Positions 41,728 to 51,060 of a stretch of DNA of 51,060 bases are shown here, one piece after another. The notes below the pieces were generated by a model. That model was not told the DNA's origin. It did not search any database and worked only from the letters and a program-made list of their open reading frames with translations. The stretch is from positions 1-51,060 of the forward strand of contig MRSU01011482.1 in NCBI GenBank assembly GCA_008369845.1, in the 5' to 3' direction. Numbering within the stretch: the stretch's first letter is position 1; the number at the start of each line of letters is the position of its first letter. The translations under genes and the position numbers were made by a program. This stretch comes from Trichomonas gallinae (lineage: Eukaryota).

Positions 41728-42153
41728 ACAGTCACATGAAAAACCCGTCTAACGCGTTGCAAACCTGTCTAAAAGTGTAAAATATAGATAAATGTTAACG
41801 TTTAAAAATTAGTTTTTGGTAGATGGAGTCAGAGTAGAATGACACTACGGTAAGTCCGCATACCCCACAGGAGGACCGACTAGAAATGAATCCATTCCTC
41901 GATGTTGAACCTCTCATACTGAACATGGCGTCAATACGTCTTGAAGGATTCGCTTCGGGAGCCAAAGTGTTGTGCATGTCAGATGCCGAAGACACCACAT
42001 GAGGTGTGGATGACGCTTTTAAGGATCTGATCACGCCTCATCTACGATTGTGATTGTCGTAATAATAGAGAGTAAGAAAATATTATTTTTGCGCTAAAAC
42101 AACGACGTTAGACAGGTTTGCAACGCCTTCGATGGGGTTTTTAGGGTGACTGT
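41728..42153. mobile_element. Inverted-repeat-bounded 426-bp cassette (non-autonomous TIR element/MITE-like)
   Basis: Left end ACAGTCAC-atg-AAAAACCC..GCGTTGCAAACCTGTCTAA (41728-41772) is the reverse complement of the right end (42108-42153), with a perfect 19-bp core (41754-41772 / 42108-42126). No transposase is present. Confidence 0.6.
41823..42062 (+). pseudogene. 80-codon reading frame with three internal stops inside the cassette (alternatively a structured ncRNA)
   Basis: ATG at 41823 is in frame with TAA at 42060; internal TAG at 41835, TGA at 42000 and TGA at 42051. Confidence 0.45.
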
Positions 42154-42529
42154 ATCAAAATTTATTTTGTTTTTACAATAAATCTTGTCTGCATTCGTGA
42201 GATGTGTTTCCACACCATATAAGAGTTGTGTCACACAATCACAGATATGACTTCCTTTAAAAAATCCAAAGCAAAACAAAATTTTTTGTTAAATTCAAGA
42301 TTTTTAACGAATTACGAGTATTCCATGTCTAGTATATGCATTATGTATTATTTTAAATGGTTATAAAAAAGATTCGATTTTTGAAATTTTATCAAAAATC
42401 AACTTTTAACGTAAATAATCATAATTAATGGACAAAGAGTCAGTATTTCCAAAGAAAAGGCCCAGTTAAAACTAGGAATGATTATGAAAAAAAAAAAAAT
42501 TCAAAGCCCTTAACGTACATATCACAGCA

Positions 42530-44599
42530 ATGCAAAACACTGATTTTCGGCCTATAAAAAGCCGATTTACTATAAGCAAAGAGCTCAGCGACATATCTAG
42601 ACCAACCATTAGTGGTCTTACAAGTCAGAATGCGAGAAATAGAAATAATTTACTACAGATTTCGAAAGAGAACATAAATTCAACGCAAAAGAAGACACCA
42701 ACGAAAGAGAAACCACGAAGAAGGTCGTTTTGCGTCGAAACACAACATAACGAAATCAAAAATATTGATGAAGACAATGACGACATTGTTTTAGAGGGAA
42801 TAATGGATTCTATTGTTGACAATATCAGTGTAAACTCAGATCCTGAAATCGTTTCAAGTTTATCTTTTTCATTTGAAAGCAACGAAACAAAAATCGAAGA
42901 ACCATCATCGAATGATCAACAAATCAATGAAAATGCTTTAGATATCCTGCTCAAAGCCATCAATGAGATATTTGAAAAAATATCAAATGGAACAATTGAC
43001 TACAGGCTGTCTTCTGTATCAAATTTCGAGATATTGGAGCGTCTTATGTTATCTTTCGCTGATGTTATTGATCAAAACTTCATCCAAAAACAAACTGAAA
43101 GAATTAATCAAATTTTGATGTCTTTCAACCAGCATGCCAAGGTATATCTCTCATTTATGGAAAGTAGTTTCATGGAATCAGTTGAAGAAAGAGATATATC
43201 GAATTTTGATCAAATCTTGAAAATCGGTCATTTATTGATGATAAAATTCAAGCAAGATACAATCATTGATGCTGTTATAACATGCTTCCAGTCCTCAAAT
43301 AAGCAAATCCGAAAGAAAGCTCTCCAATTCATAGTTTCAAATATGAATCATCAAAATTTGCAGAAAATATTGTTCATTTTAGGTAGAAGACTTACACTGA
43401 TCCCATCATTTGGAATTCCAGAATCATTGCAGCTCATTAAGTATGTTTTTGAGCAAAATGAATTCAAAACTGCAATAATCTCAAATAAACTAATGAATTG
43501 CATAGTCTACGGCATATGTGCTATTCACAGAGCTCCACATTATCTCACATTCAAGGAGAAATTAATCGAAACTGAGCTTTTAATTTCAGATATCAATCCA
43601 TTATACATGTATTTCTTCAGGAAATTCACAATCGATTGTTTCCCGAAACTCGACTGCTTCAGAACAACAATCTTTTTCGATGAACTCGTTCAATTATTCC
43701 TATATCCGATCGAAATTAACGAATCAATGTGGAATAGAGTTGTTTCACATATATCAAGTCATCATCCACTTGTTGTTGTCAACACAATAATGTTCATTTC
43801 GAAGACAAACAAAACAGGAATGACGAAAAACTTTGATTTCAAGAACGTAGTCAATTCTCTTCAGCAAAACATCTCTTCGCATTGGAACAGCGAGATTCGC
43901 CAGCAGTCGGTAAACTTTCTGTCAGACCTAAATTCATTTGGCTTCTACAGCAGCGAAAGCAGCAGCCCAGAAGCCGTGAAAAAATGGAAGAAAATTGCCC
44001 AACTCGCTGAAACAGAAATAAATGTTCCATTTCGAAGCAAAATCGAGAAGCCAGACATCGAAGCAGACAGGAAAACTCTCATTGAAGCTCTCAGCACAAT
44101 GGACTCAAGCAATTTTAAAGAAAATCTGAGCAAAATTAAATTAATTTTGGCAAATCATTGTTACAAGCATGATTTAGTTCGTGTTGTTCACGCAATGATT
44201 CCAAGAATGATCTCATCACCACATTCAAGACAGTTTGCACACAAAGTTGCTGCATTATCATGTTTCAAAGGCTCACATGTGCTTAAAAACACGACAGAGC
44301 TCTTAATTGGTTTCCTCTTCGAAGGTAGCCAAGAGGAGAAGAAAGAAGCAAGACTTTGCCTTCAAGAATTCCATCCTTCCGTTGAGATAAATATAATGAA
44401 AATGATGATCTCGCGCATTAGGTCATCAATCACATCAAATGCTGATGACATCGCATTATATTTATCTCTTTTAGTTCCAAAACACAAAGGAATCTTCACG
44501 CCTGCAGATTTGATTCTTCTTTTGCCACATTGCAACGAAAACCTCGACATTGTTGCACAGGCATTGAGTGTGATAGAATCATACCTTATAATTAACTAA
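42530..44599 (+). CDS. Divergent PP2A B56-like domain protein with a C-terminal HEAT-like extension
   Basis: GIPESLQLI, AIHRAPHYLTFKEKL, CFPKLDCFRTTIFFDEL, ISSHHPLVV and SSHWNSEIR follow the B56 motif order. Confidence 0.6.
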   Translation: MQNTDFRPIKSRFTISKELSDISRPTISGLTSQNARNRNNLLQISKENINSTQKKTPTKEKPRRRSFCVETQHNEIKNIDEDNDDIVLEGIMDSIVDNISVNSDPEIVSSLSFSFESNETKIEEPSSNDQQINENALDILLKAINEIFEKISNGTIDYRLSSVSNFEILERLMLSFADVIDQNFIQKQTERINQILMSFNQHAKVYLSFMESSFMESVEERDISNFDQILKIGHLLMIKFKQDTIIDAVITCFQSSNKQIRKKALQFIVSNMNHQNLQKILFILGRRLTLIPSFGIPESLQLIKYVFEQNEFKTAIISNKLMNCIVYGICAIHRAPHYLTFKEKLIETELLISDINPLYMYFFRKFTIDCFPKLDCFRTTIFFDELVQLFLYPIEINESMWNRVVSHISSHHPLVVVNTIMFISKTNKTGMTKNFDFKNVVNSLQQNISSHWNSEIRQQSVNFLSDLNSFGFYSSESSSPEAVKKWKKIAQLAETEINVPFRSKIEKPDIEADRKTLIEALSTMDSSNFKENLSKIKLILANHCYKHDLVRVVHAMIPRMISSPHSRQFAHKVAALSCFKGSHVLKNTTELLIGFLFEGSQEEKKEARLCLQEFHPSVEINIMKMMISRIRSSITSNADDIALYLSLLVPKHKGIFTPADLILLLPHCNENLDIVAQALSVIESYLIIN

Positions 44600-44773
44600 T
44601 CTTATTTCAACTAAATTTTTAATTTTTATCAAAAATTCACATTTTTAAATGCAAAAATATGATTACTTACTAGAGCATCAACTATATTAAGCATATTCAT
44701 TAAATTTAATCTAATATTTAAAATTCATTTGAATATTCTTTATGTTTTGAATATTATAATAGAAATATTGCTA

Positions 44774-45751
44774 CTATGTTTCTGTTTCAAGTGATATAAA
44801 TACATACAGAAGAAAAATACTCACTCTAGAAAAATAATTGCAATGAAATGAGCAAATATTAAAGTTAATGTCGAAAGGAGTGATTATTGCAGCTCCATTT
44901 CCTGATATTGTTTGTGTTCCAAAGATTCCTCTTTCGATTACAATGTTTTTAAAAAATAATTTCGAATAATGAATTGGCTGATTAGTGTGCAGTCCATTTT
45001 CATCGACAGCATTGCACCCCGGATAACCGCTGACGAACGATGAGCCACTGGAAGAGACTGCTTTATATATATTAGCAAAATTTTCAGTTGGATCTACTGT
45101 GCCAGCGAATCCACCGTAGTATCCACCTCCAGCACCTGACGCTGGGGCAAATACAATATCTACTCCATTAGATCCTATGCCAAACTCATAACCATTCGTT
45201 TGGTTAACATTGCGATTTAGGACAGGAGTTGAGTCACGCGAAGCTCGCATCGAATATCCGTGCAAATCACCTCCAGGTGCTCCGTATGTATCATATTCTG
45301 ACCCAGAGCCGCCTGCAGCGACCATTATGCGACTGCGGAGTGATTCTTCTAAATTTGTGGAATTGAAGGGAATTAACCTTAAATCGGTGGCTCCCCCTCC
45401 TCCCCCACTTGCATCATTATCTCTCGTATCTGCTCCTCCTATTCCGCCTCCATTATAGCCTCCTTTGGCGGCTATATTGGGACGAGGATCGCCATCTGAT
45501 CCTCTTCCGCCAATATATAGATATAATTTTGTTGGCTCATTTAATCTAATTACGCCAGAAACGTATGCACCAGATCCTCCAATATGATCTAAGTTACCAT
45601 CTCTTTGTCCTGTTCCACCAGAAGCGCCCCATAATTCAATAAAATAGCCATTTGGCTTTAAATAGAGCTCAATTGGTGTGCATTCTGAAGTATCCTTGCA
45701 TGTATAGTTGAATTTAGTTCTCTTAGTGACAATTGTCAATCAAAATTTCAT
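44774..45751 (-). pseudogene. Glycine-rich-domain (ALK/LTK GRD-like) surface protein with a TGA at codon 4
   Basis: ATG AAA TTT TGA TTG ACA... (ATG at 45751, TGA at 45742-40), then 321 open codons with IELWGASGG, GGYNGGG, SGGGGGATDLR, RIMVAAGG, GGGYYGG and a hydrophobic C-terminus. Confidence 0.7.
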
Positions 45752-46055
45752 AATAGATTTTCATGCCGTATTTCCTATTTTTGCCAGTTTATATGTCATA
45801 TTTCATCAATTTTGAATCATTCTGACAAATTTACATGGCATAAAAATATTGACGCCTCAATATATGCTCTTTTACCATTTTACATGTCAAATATTGTCAA
45901 AATTAAACTATTCTGACATATTTACATGACATAAAACAAAATTCATTTTTGATGCTAAAAATATAATGTTTATAGCAAAATATCGATTATTTTATGATTT
46001 ATTTTGAATTTCATGTTTTTGTCCAAAATCTCGACGATTATTTTGCATTCATTTT

Positions 46056-46439
46056 ATGAACAAAAACGCAGCGCCAGCTCTGACTGCTAAAAGCGGTGTT
46101 GACGTTGTAGAATTTGATCCTAGCATGGCACAGCCACCAAAACCCAAGAAAAACAAATCAGAAAATCCACCACCCAAATTCATAAAAGATAAACAAAAGA
46201 ATAAGAATAAAAAGGAAGAAAAACAACTCACCGCCAAAGAATTCGTCGATAAATACAGAAGAGAAGCTATGACAGCAAGTTGGGATCCTGCAGTTCTCAG
46301 AAAATGTGGAAAAGGTGCAAAAGAAATACTTACAAGTCTTGGCTGCCACTTCAAGAACGAAAACGTTCCATTCGCAGAACAAAAGAAACGTAGACAGCAC
46401 AAGATTAATAAAGGGGAAATAGAAGATCGTAGATTTTAA
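46056..46439 (+). CDS. Small basic hypothetical protein (127 aa)
   Basis: ATG preceded by an Inr-like TCATT; Lys-rich; coding-like composition. Confidence 0.7.
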   Translation: MNKNAAPALTAKSGVDVVEFDPSMAQPPKPKKNKSENPPPKFIKDKQKNKNKKEEKQLTAKEFVDKYRREAMTASWDPAVLRKCGKGAKEILTSLGCHFKNENVPFAEQKKRRQHKINKGEIEDRRF

Positions 46440-46651
46440 TATGTTTTAGCATTAATAAAGTATACTATTTGTTAGTTAAAGTGATATCTTAAAACCATTT
46501 TTTATTATTAATTAATAATATTTTTTGATGAAAATAAAATCAATTATTCGTTATAATATGAATGAAAATTGCTAATATATTGCAAAAAATAAAGAGTAAT
46601 TAGTAATATTCATAATCAAAACAAATATTTTAATATACAAATATATGAAAA

Positions 46652-49375
46652 TCATATGTCAGCCTCTCCTGGCATGAATTTGCTATTCATAGCCTCTATA
46701 GCTTTCTCTGGTAAATATTTTGACAGCATATTTTCAGAGTTGAAAGATGATGAAGATTCATCGCCATAAGGTATATAATCTTCATCATCAATATCCTCTT
46801 CCTCTTCTTCCTCTTCATCTGGCTCGCTGTATGCCTGCGGCGAGTAAGCTGAGCTCTTCTTTGCCAATGAGTTAGCGACGTCGTCAACTCTAAGCAGTGC
46901 TGCTTTAGCCGGTCTATATCCTTTCTGACTGCTTGTAAGTTTTCCTGTCTTCTGGTCGTTGGCGGGTTTCGCAGCTTTCTTGTAATATGTCTTTGCCTTC
47001 TTTTCGTCTTTTCCTATTGGTCCTTCACCAGTCTCGTACATGACGCCGAGCGCGTAATTCGCTTTAGTGTTTCCTTGTTTTCCAGCGAGCTCGAAGTACC
47101 ACAGTGCCTCGAGGAGATTTTCTTCGACGGAATCTCCATCAGCGAGCATCTCAGCATATCTGTATTGAGACTTTTCATCGCCGAGATCGGCTGCCTTCTT
47201 GTAGTACTCCGCAGCTGTGGCCACACCATCGTCAGGCAAAGCTTTATCCAAAACACACAATTTCGCGTATTTTCTCATTGCGATGACATATCCTAAGTCT
47301 GCAGCGCCTTTCATCAGCTTCGCAGGATAATATTTATCTTCCGTTTGCGCTTCTCCGTGAAAATAGAACATTGCAAGCTCGTAAAATGCCCTTGGCTCAT
47401 TCTGCGCGACAGCTTTTTCCAAATAATTCCTCGCCAATTCGACATCCGTGCCTTTGATTCTCAAAGCCCACCTTGTCTGCGCCAGTGGATAGCCAGCGTC
47501 TGCTGCCATCTTCATGAATTTCTCTAAGTCAGCGTTCCAGATATCTTGTTCTTGCAGTTTCATGTCTGCGTATTTATATGCACTCTCAGCATTTTTGTTT
47601 TCTTCAGCCGAGCGTTTGAGATAATTATAAGCAGCATTCCTATCTACAGGAACTCCTCTTCCTTCTTTTAGAATCATCGCGTATTGCACCATCGCTCTGT
47701 CGTCTCCTTTGTCTGCTGCTATCTTGAAGTATTTAGCTGCGAGCGCTGGTTCGTCGACAACGACTTTTCCTGACGCGATGAGTTCCGAGAAACTATCTGC
47801 GACTTCGCTGTCACCCATTTCTGCGCCGATCTTAATAAATTGTAATTCCTCGAATCTGTTGTTGAGCGTGACTTTTCCACGGTTTATAAGTTTGGCCATT
47901 ATCAGCTGCGCCTCCGAATTCCCTTGATCACTGGCTCTTACCAATAAAGAAACGATTTCATCTTTGTTTTCATCGATGCTTTTGCTCATAAGATATAAAG
48001 CGTATTCGAACTGAGCAGAGCTTTCTCCCTGTCTAGCTGCCAGACACTGGTATTTGGCGAGGACATCAGGATCATTGTTCTTCAGTGTCCCGTTCGTTAT
48101 GTACTCTATGACAGTGTTTTGCGCGTTAAGATGTCCTTGGTCTGCCGCCATTCGCAAATATTTCTCAGCGAGCTCAGGATTGGAGCTGACGCCTTCTCCG
48201 TGGGCGTACATTAAGCCAAGCCTGTATTGGGCGTCCATGTATCCACTGTCCGCTGATGCTATTAAGTAGTTAATTGCGTCATTTAAGAATTGCGGTTTTG
48301 ATATCATGTAATACGAAGCTTGATACTGAGCATATGCGTTGCCAGCGTCTGCTGCAAATCTGAATGACTTGAGTGATGCGTTTTTGTTAACTGAGCAGCC
48401 TCTGCCTTTGCGTCTGTTAATTGCATTTAATAAATGAGCGTGAGCATCACCACTTTCAGCCAGCGCTCTGTATTGGTCAGCGAGAGTATGATCATCTTGA
48501 AATGGAGGAATATCTTGTGGCGCTGATGAAATTTTTTCTGATTTTGAGTTTTTAAGTTTATTTACATATTTTTCGAAGTCTGTTTTATTTGTTCCTACAA
48601 AAACTGCTGACTCATTTGACATTCTGTTTATTATATCATCTATTGTTGGTCTGTTTTGTATATCTGATGAAAGACACTCCTTCGCTAATTCGACGAGCGG
48701 GTCGTTTGAGATATTAGTTAGCATAGATGCATCGTATTTAACCAATTTAAATATAAGAGAAATAACAATACAGCCAAAAGAATAAATATCATATTGAGGC
48801 TGCAAAATTTCTGAGCTATCTGGTGGTAAATATGATTTTGTGGTATTTGCATTTATATCTGACAAATCGTATGCATCTCTTAGCCAATATTCAGAAATTA
48901 ATGGTTCAAAAGTACGCGTAAGAAGTATATTGGATGGCGTTAAAAGTCCGTGGATGATATTTTCTGTATGTAAAACTTTTAATCCGAATGCAATTCCAAA
49001 TGCTACGATTGATTTTTTAGTGATTGTCCAATTGAATGGATGTTTTCCATTTTTTTCCAAGTCAAGCATCACTGAAAGAGACGAGTTAGAGTAGTATGGC
49101 ATAGCATAGCGAATATATTGGTTTTCTGAGAAATCAAATTTAAATGATCTGTGTGGCGAAGCTAAACATATATGAGATAATGTTGAGTATTTGTCATAAA
49201 ACTCATCAGCGGTCATTTTTTTCGTTTTTTCAGACTGATCTTTTTTGAATTTCGAAACAACGAAAACTCGACCGTTGACAAGGTCTTGAACTAAGTCTGT
49301 TGAATGATTTTTCTTTGTTGACATCTGCTGAATGACCCTGAGCATCTCAGTTACAACCTGTTCGCCAGAAGCCAT
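46652..49375 (-). CDS. TKL-like pseudokinase fused to Sel1-like repeats, with an acidic tail
   Basis: IIHGLLTPSNILL, ISEYWL, YDIYSFG and RPT in the kinase part; multiple Sel1 repeats (AQYRLGLMYAHGEGV, ANYALGVMYETGEG). Confidence 0.88.
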   Translation of the reverse strand: MASGEQVVTEMLRVIQQMSTKKNHSTDLVQDLVNGRVFVVSKFKKDQSEKTKKMTADEFYDKYSTLSHICLASPHRSFKFDFSENQYIRYAMPYYSNSSLSVMLDLEKNGKHPFNWTITKKSIVAFGIAFGLKVLHTENIIHGLLTPSNILLTRTFEPLISEYWLRDAYDLSDINANTTKSYLPPDSSEILQPQYDIYSFGCIVISLIFKLVKYDASMLTNISNDPLVELAKECLSSDIQNRPTIDDIINRMSNESAVFVGTNKTDFEKYVNKLKNSKSEKISSAPQDIPPFQDDHTLADQYRALAESGDAHAHLLNAINRRKGRGCSVNKNASLKSFRFAADAGNAYAQYQASYYMISKPQFLNDAINYLIASADSGYMDAQYRLGLMYAHGEGVSSNPELAEKYLRMAADQGHLNAQNTVIEYITNGTLKNNDPDVLAKYQCLAARQGESSAQFEYALYLMSKSIDENKDEIVSLLVRASDQGNSEAQLIMAKLINRGKVTLNNRFEELQFIKIGAEMGDSEVADSFSELIASGKVVVDEPALAAKYFKIAADKGDDRAMVQYAMILKEGRGVPVDRNAAYNYLKRSAEENKNAESAYKYADMKLQEQDIWNADLEKFMKMAADAGYPLAQTRWALRIKGTDVELARNYLEKAVAQNEPRAFYELAMFYFHGEAQTEDKYYPAKLMKGAADLGYVIAMRKYAKLCVLDKALPDDGVATAAEYYKKAADLGDEKSQYRYAEMLADGDSVEENLLEALWYFELAGKQGNTKANYALGVMYETGEGPIGKDEKKAKTYYKKAAKPANDQKTGKLTSSQKGYRPAKAALLRVDDVANSLAKKSSAYSPQAYSEPDEEEEEEEDIDDEDYIPYGDESSSSFNSENMLSKYLPEKAIEAMNSKFMPGEADI

Positions 49376-49834
49376 GCAGCAGAGAAGTCAATATAAAATT
49401 TTGACCTTTGTAAAGTTTATTTGTCAAGAATTATGACTTTTTTGACATGATGGCAAAATCTTAGATCTTGTAACCATGAAAATATTTGCAGTAATTTTTG
49501 TTAATAATTTCGTAAACATGGGTTCACATTTAAGCAATATTATTCAGCATCTATTACTCTGTTATCACCGGAAGTATTGATGATACCTGGGCTTCCACAT
49601 AAGAAATAAATGCCCTATAATGCCACCGTGACACTATTTTCAAATTATAACATATTTTTTAATGCAAGAACATGTTAGGTCCTAAATAAACTAGGTCTGT
49701 TTAATGATTTATAGTTACATATATCGAATAAGAGAATTCAAATATTGGTATCATTATGCAAATATATAATTCTGGTCTTTTTAAGGACAGAAATAGCTTT
49801 ATAATGCATATATTTAACAGAATTATATAGAAAT

Positions 49835-50689
49835 CTAGTCATCAACGTCCAAAAAATTTACTTGATAATTTCCATTATCGTCAAGAAGCTCTGGATGATC
49901 TTCAAGCTTTTCTCCACGCTCGAGTATTCCTTCTTTTTGAAGTCGGTTGAACTCTAGCACAGCCTGATGAACTGCTTCAGCTTTTTCATCATGAATTGCT
50001 TCTCTTTCTTTGAGTTCTGCTTCTTGACCACCTCTATACCATGCTTCAATAACTCTTCTATCTTCATCTTCTATTGGAGCATCATCAAGATATCTCAATT
50101 CTCTATTTTGATTTATTAGTCTTCTCCTATAATCGGACATGCTTCTGCACACTGGGTTACCACTGTTTCTAAGAACTCGAAGTTTAGAAAGTGTTGCAAT
50201 ATGTTTTGCAAAATCAGGATCATCAATTTCGTTTTCTGAGATATTAAGTACAGTAATAGATGGTGCAGAAGCAAGACCTGATAAACTTCCTGGTCTTTTT
50301 AGCTTATTATGATCAATTTCTAGAGTGTTTAGCTCGTGTAAGCCTTCTAGACCATCTATTTTTGTTATATAGTTGAATGATAATATAAGGTTTTTCAAAT
50401 GATGTAAATTTTCAAGCCCTTCGATTTTTTCAATCATATTATTATTTAAAAACAACGAATTTAAATTTGTAAGCTGCGATAATCCAGTAATTTTTGATAT
50501 AGCATTGTTATTAAGCCAAAGTGATTTCAAACCAGTAAATTGGTCAAGATTTGAAATATCAGTAATAGATAAATAATGCAGATAGAGCTTTTCATTTAAT
50601 CTTGCAGTAGTATAACCACCATGCTTTTTAATTGAATTTTGTATATCTTGTTCTGTTATTGGATTGCCACGTTCTTCGTTTTCACTCAT
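49835..50689 (-). CDS. DNAAF1: Dynein axonemal assembly factor 1 (LRRC50/ODA7) LRR protein
   Basis: RLNEKLYLHY...FTGLKSLWLNNNAI, SDS22-type LRRs, GNPV...YRR...LRYLDDAPI...EAWYRGGQEAE..ER. Confidence 0.85.
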   Translation of the reverse strand: MSENEERGNPITEQDIQNSIKKHGGYTTARLNEKLYLHYLSITDISNLDQFTGLKSLWLNNNAISKITGLSQLTNLNSLFLNNNMIEKIEGLENLHHLKNLILSFNYITKIDGLEGLHELNTLEIDHNKLKRPGSLSGLASAPSITVLNISENEIDDPDFAKHIATLSKLRVLRNSGNPVCRSMSDYRRRLINQNRELRYLDDAPIEDEDRRVIEAWYRGGQEAELKEREAIHDEKAEAVHQAVLEFNRLQKEGILERGEKLEDHPELLDDNGNYQVNFLDVDD

Positions 50690-50819
50690 TTTTTAAAAAT
50701 AAAAAACGAGCCCAAAAGTGACGAATCATAAATAGGGTCTGTTTTGGTGCTGCCCCCTAATTAATTATTTTCATTCTCTCATCATAGCAGAATCAATTGC
50801 GTATGTAGTTATACGCAAC

Positions 50820-51060
50820 GGACAAGACGATCGGTAAGCTTCCAACAGTCAAAGACAAGTCAGAATTCCTTCAACAGGGAATCTCGGCCGAGATGAACAA
50901 GGAGGCCGTAGAAAAAGAACTCAGGAACAACTCTCTATGAGCTTCCAGTCATAGGGGACATGTCAGAAGAGCTCCAGAAACAGCTCGCTACAAGCATGAA
51001 CAACGACCGCTGAAGCGATGAGGTCTCACGTCTTGAAAACCAATTATTCCATCTTCCAGG
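50820..51060 (+). pseudogene. Decayed coding sequence (coiled-coil-like), running off the window
   Basis: GC-richer and codon-like: TVKDKSEFLQQGISAEMNKEAVEKELR.., then after frame breaks DMSEELQKQLATSMNNDR*SDEVSRLENQLFHLP. Confidence 0.5.

Noticed and set aside
41795..42034. 79-aa minus-strand ORF in the cassette
   Set aside because: GTG start; Ser-rich composition expected from the antisense of an Asp/Glu-rich plus frame.
41819..42045. RNase P/MRP, U3, SRP, 7SK or telomerase RNA identity for the cassette cargo
   Set aside because: Partial look-alikes exist (GGTAAGTCCG, AGAAA, GGATTCATTTCT, CTCCCGAAGC), but there is no correctly placed CR-V/P4 partner, U3 box order, SRP helix 8 or telomeric template. 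An Infernal search is needed to exclude these formally.
49575..49635. TGATGA-containing GC-richer intergenic patch
   Set aside because: No box D (CTGA) or terminal stem.
50801..50840. GTATGT 5' splice site / loxP-like palindrome
   Set aside because: No ACTAAC..CAG branch/3' motif follows; the arms and spacer are too short for a lox site and no recombinase is present.
1..51060. Alternative genetic code to explain in-frame stops; autonomous transposons, tRNA or rRNA genes
   Set aside because: Conserved genes end normally at TAA, TAG and TGA. No transposase, Maverick, tRNA or rRNA signatures were seen by eye.

Overview
This is AT-rich, gene-dense eukaryotic DNA, apparently intron-less and read in the standard code, with the hallmarks of a trichomonad (Trichomonas vaginalis or a close relative): AAAGTGAC promoter motifs, BspA-like, Gly-rich, BTB-F5/8C and kinase-Sel1 family members, and a bacterial-type mdaB gene. 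It holds about 30 single-exon genes. Clearly recognisable ones are Rictor, Rod/KNTC1, NAE1/APP-BP1, NAA50, IFT54, CK2-beta, GT61, MdaB and DNAAF1; less certain ones are TRAPPC8-, EXD1-, eIF3j-, PP2A-B56-, exportin- and ELL-like. Three genes look like pseudo-enzymes (GH47, Ste24, kinase) and there are several gene relics. The most unusual element is a 426-bp cassette (41728-42153) about 145 bp upstream of mdaB. It has imperfect ~45-bp inverted ends sharing a perfect 19-bp core and encloses a GC-richer 240-bp segment that is both self-complementary and an in-frame ATG-to-TAA reading frame broken by three C>T-type stops. Also notable are a recurrent TGACATGTAAA/TGTCATGTAAA motif, often arrayed, upstream of many genes; an 8-copy GTCACTTTT array in a 175-bp bidirectional promoter; a Rod homologue lacking its N-terminal propeller; and a 93-aa minimal eIF3j. 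All family calls come from motif recognition by eye; no searches or folding programs were run.
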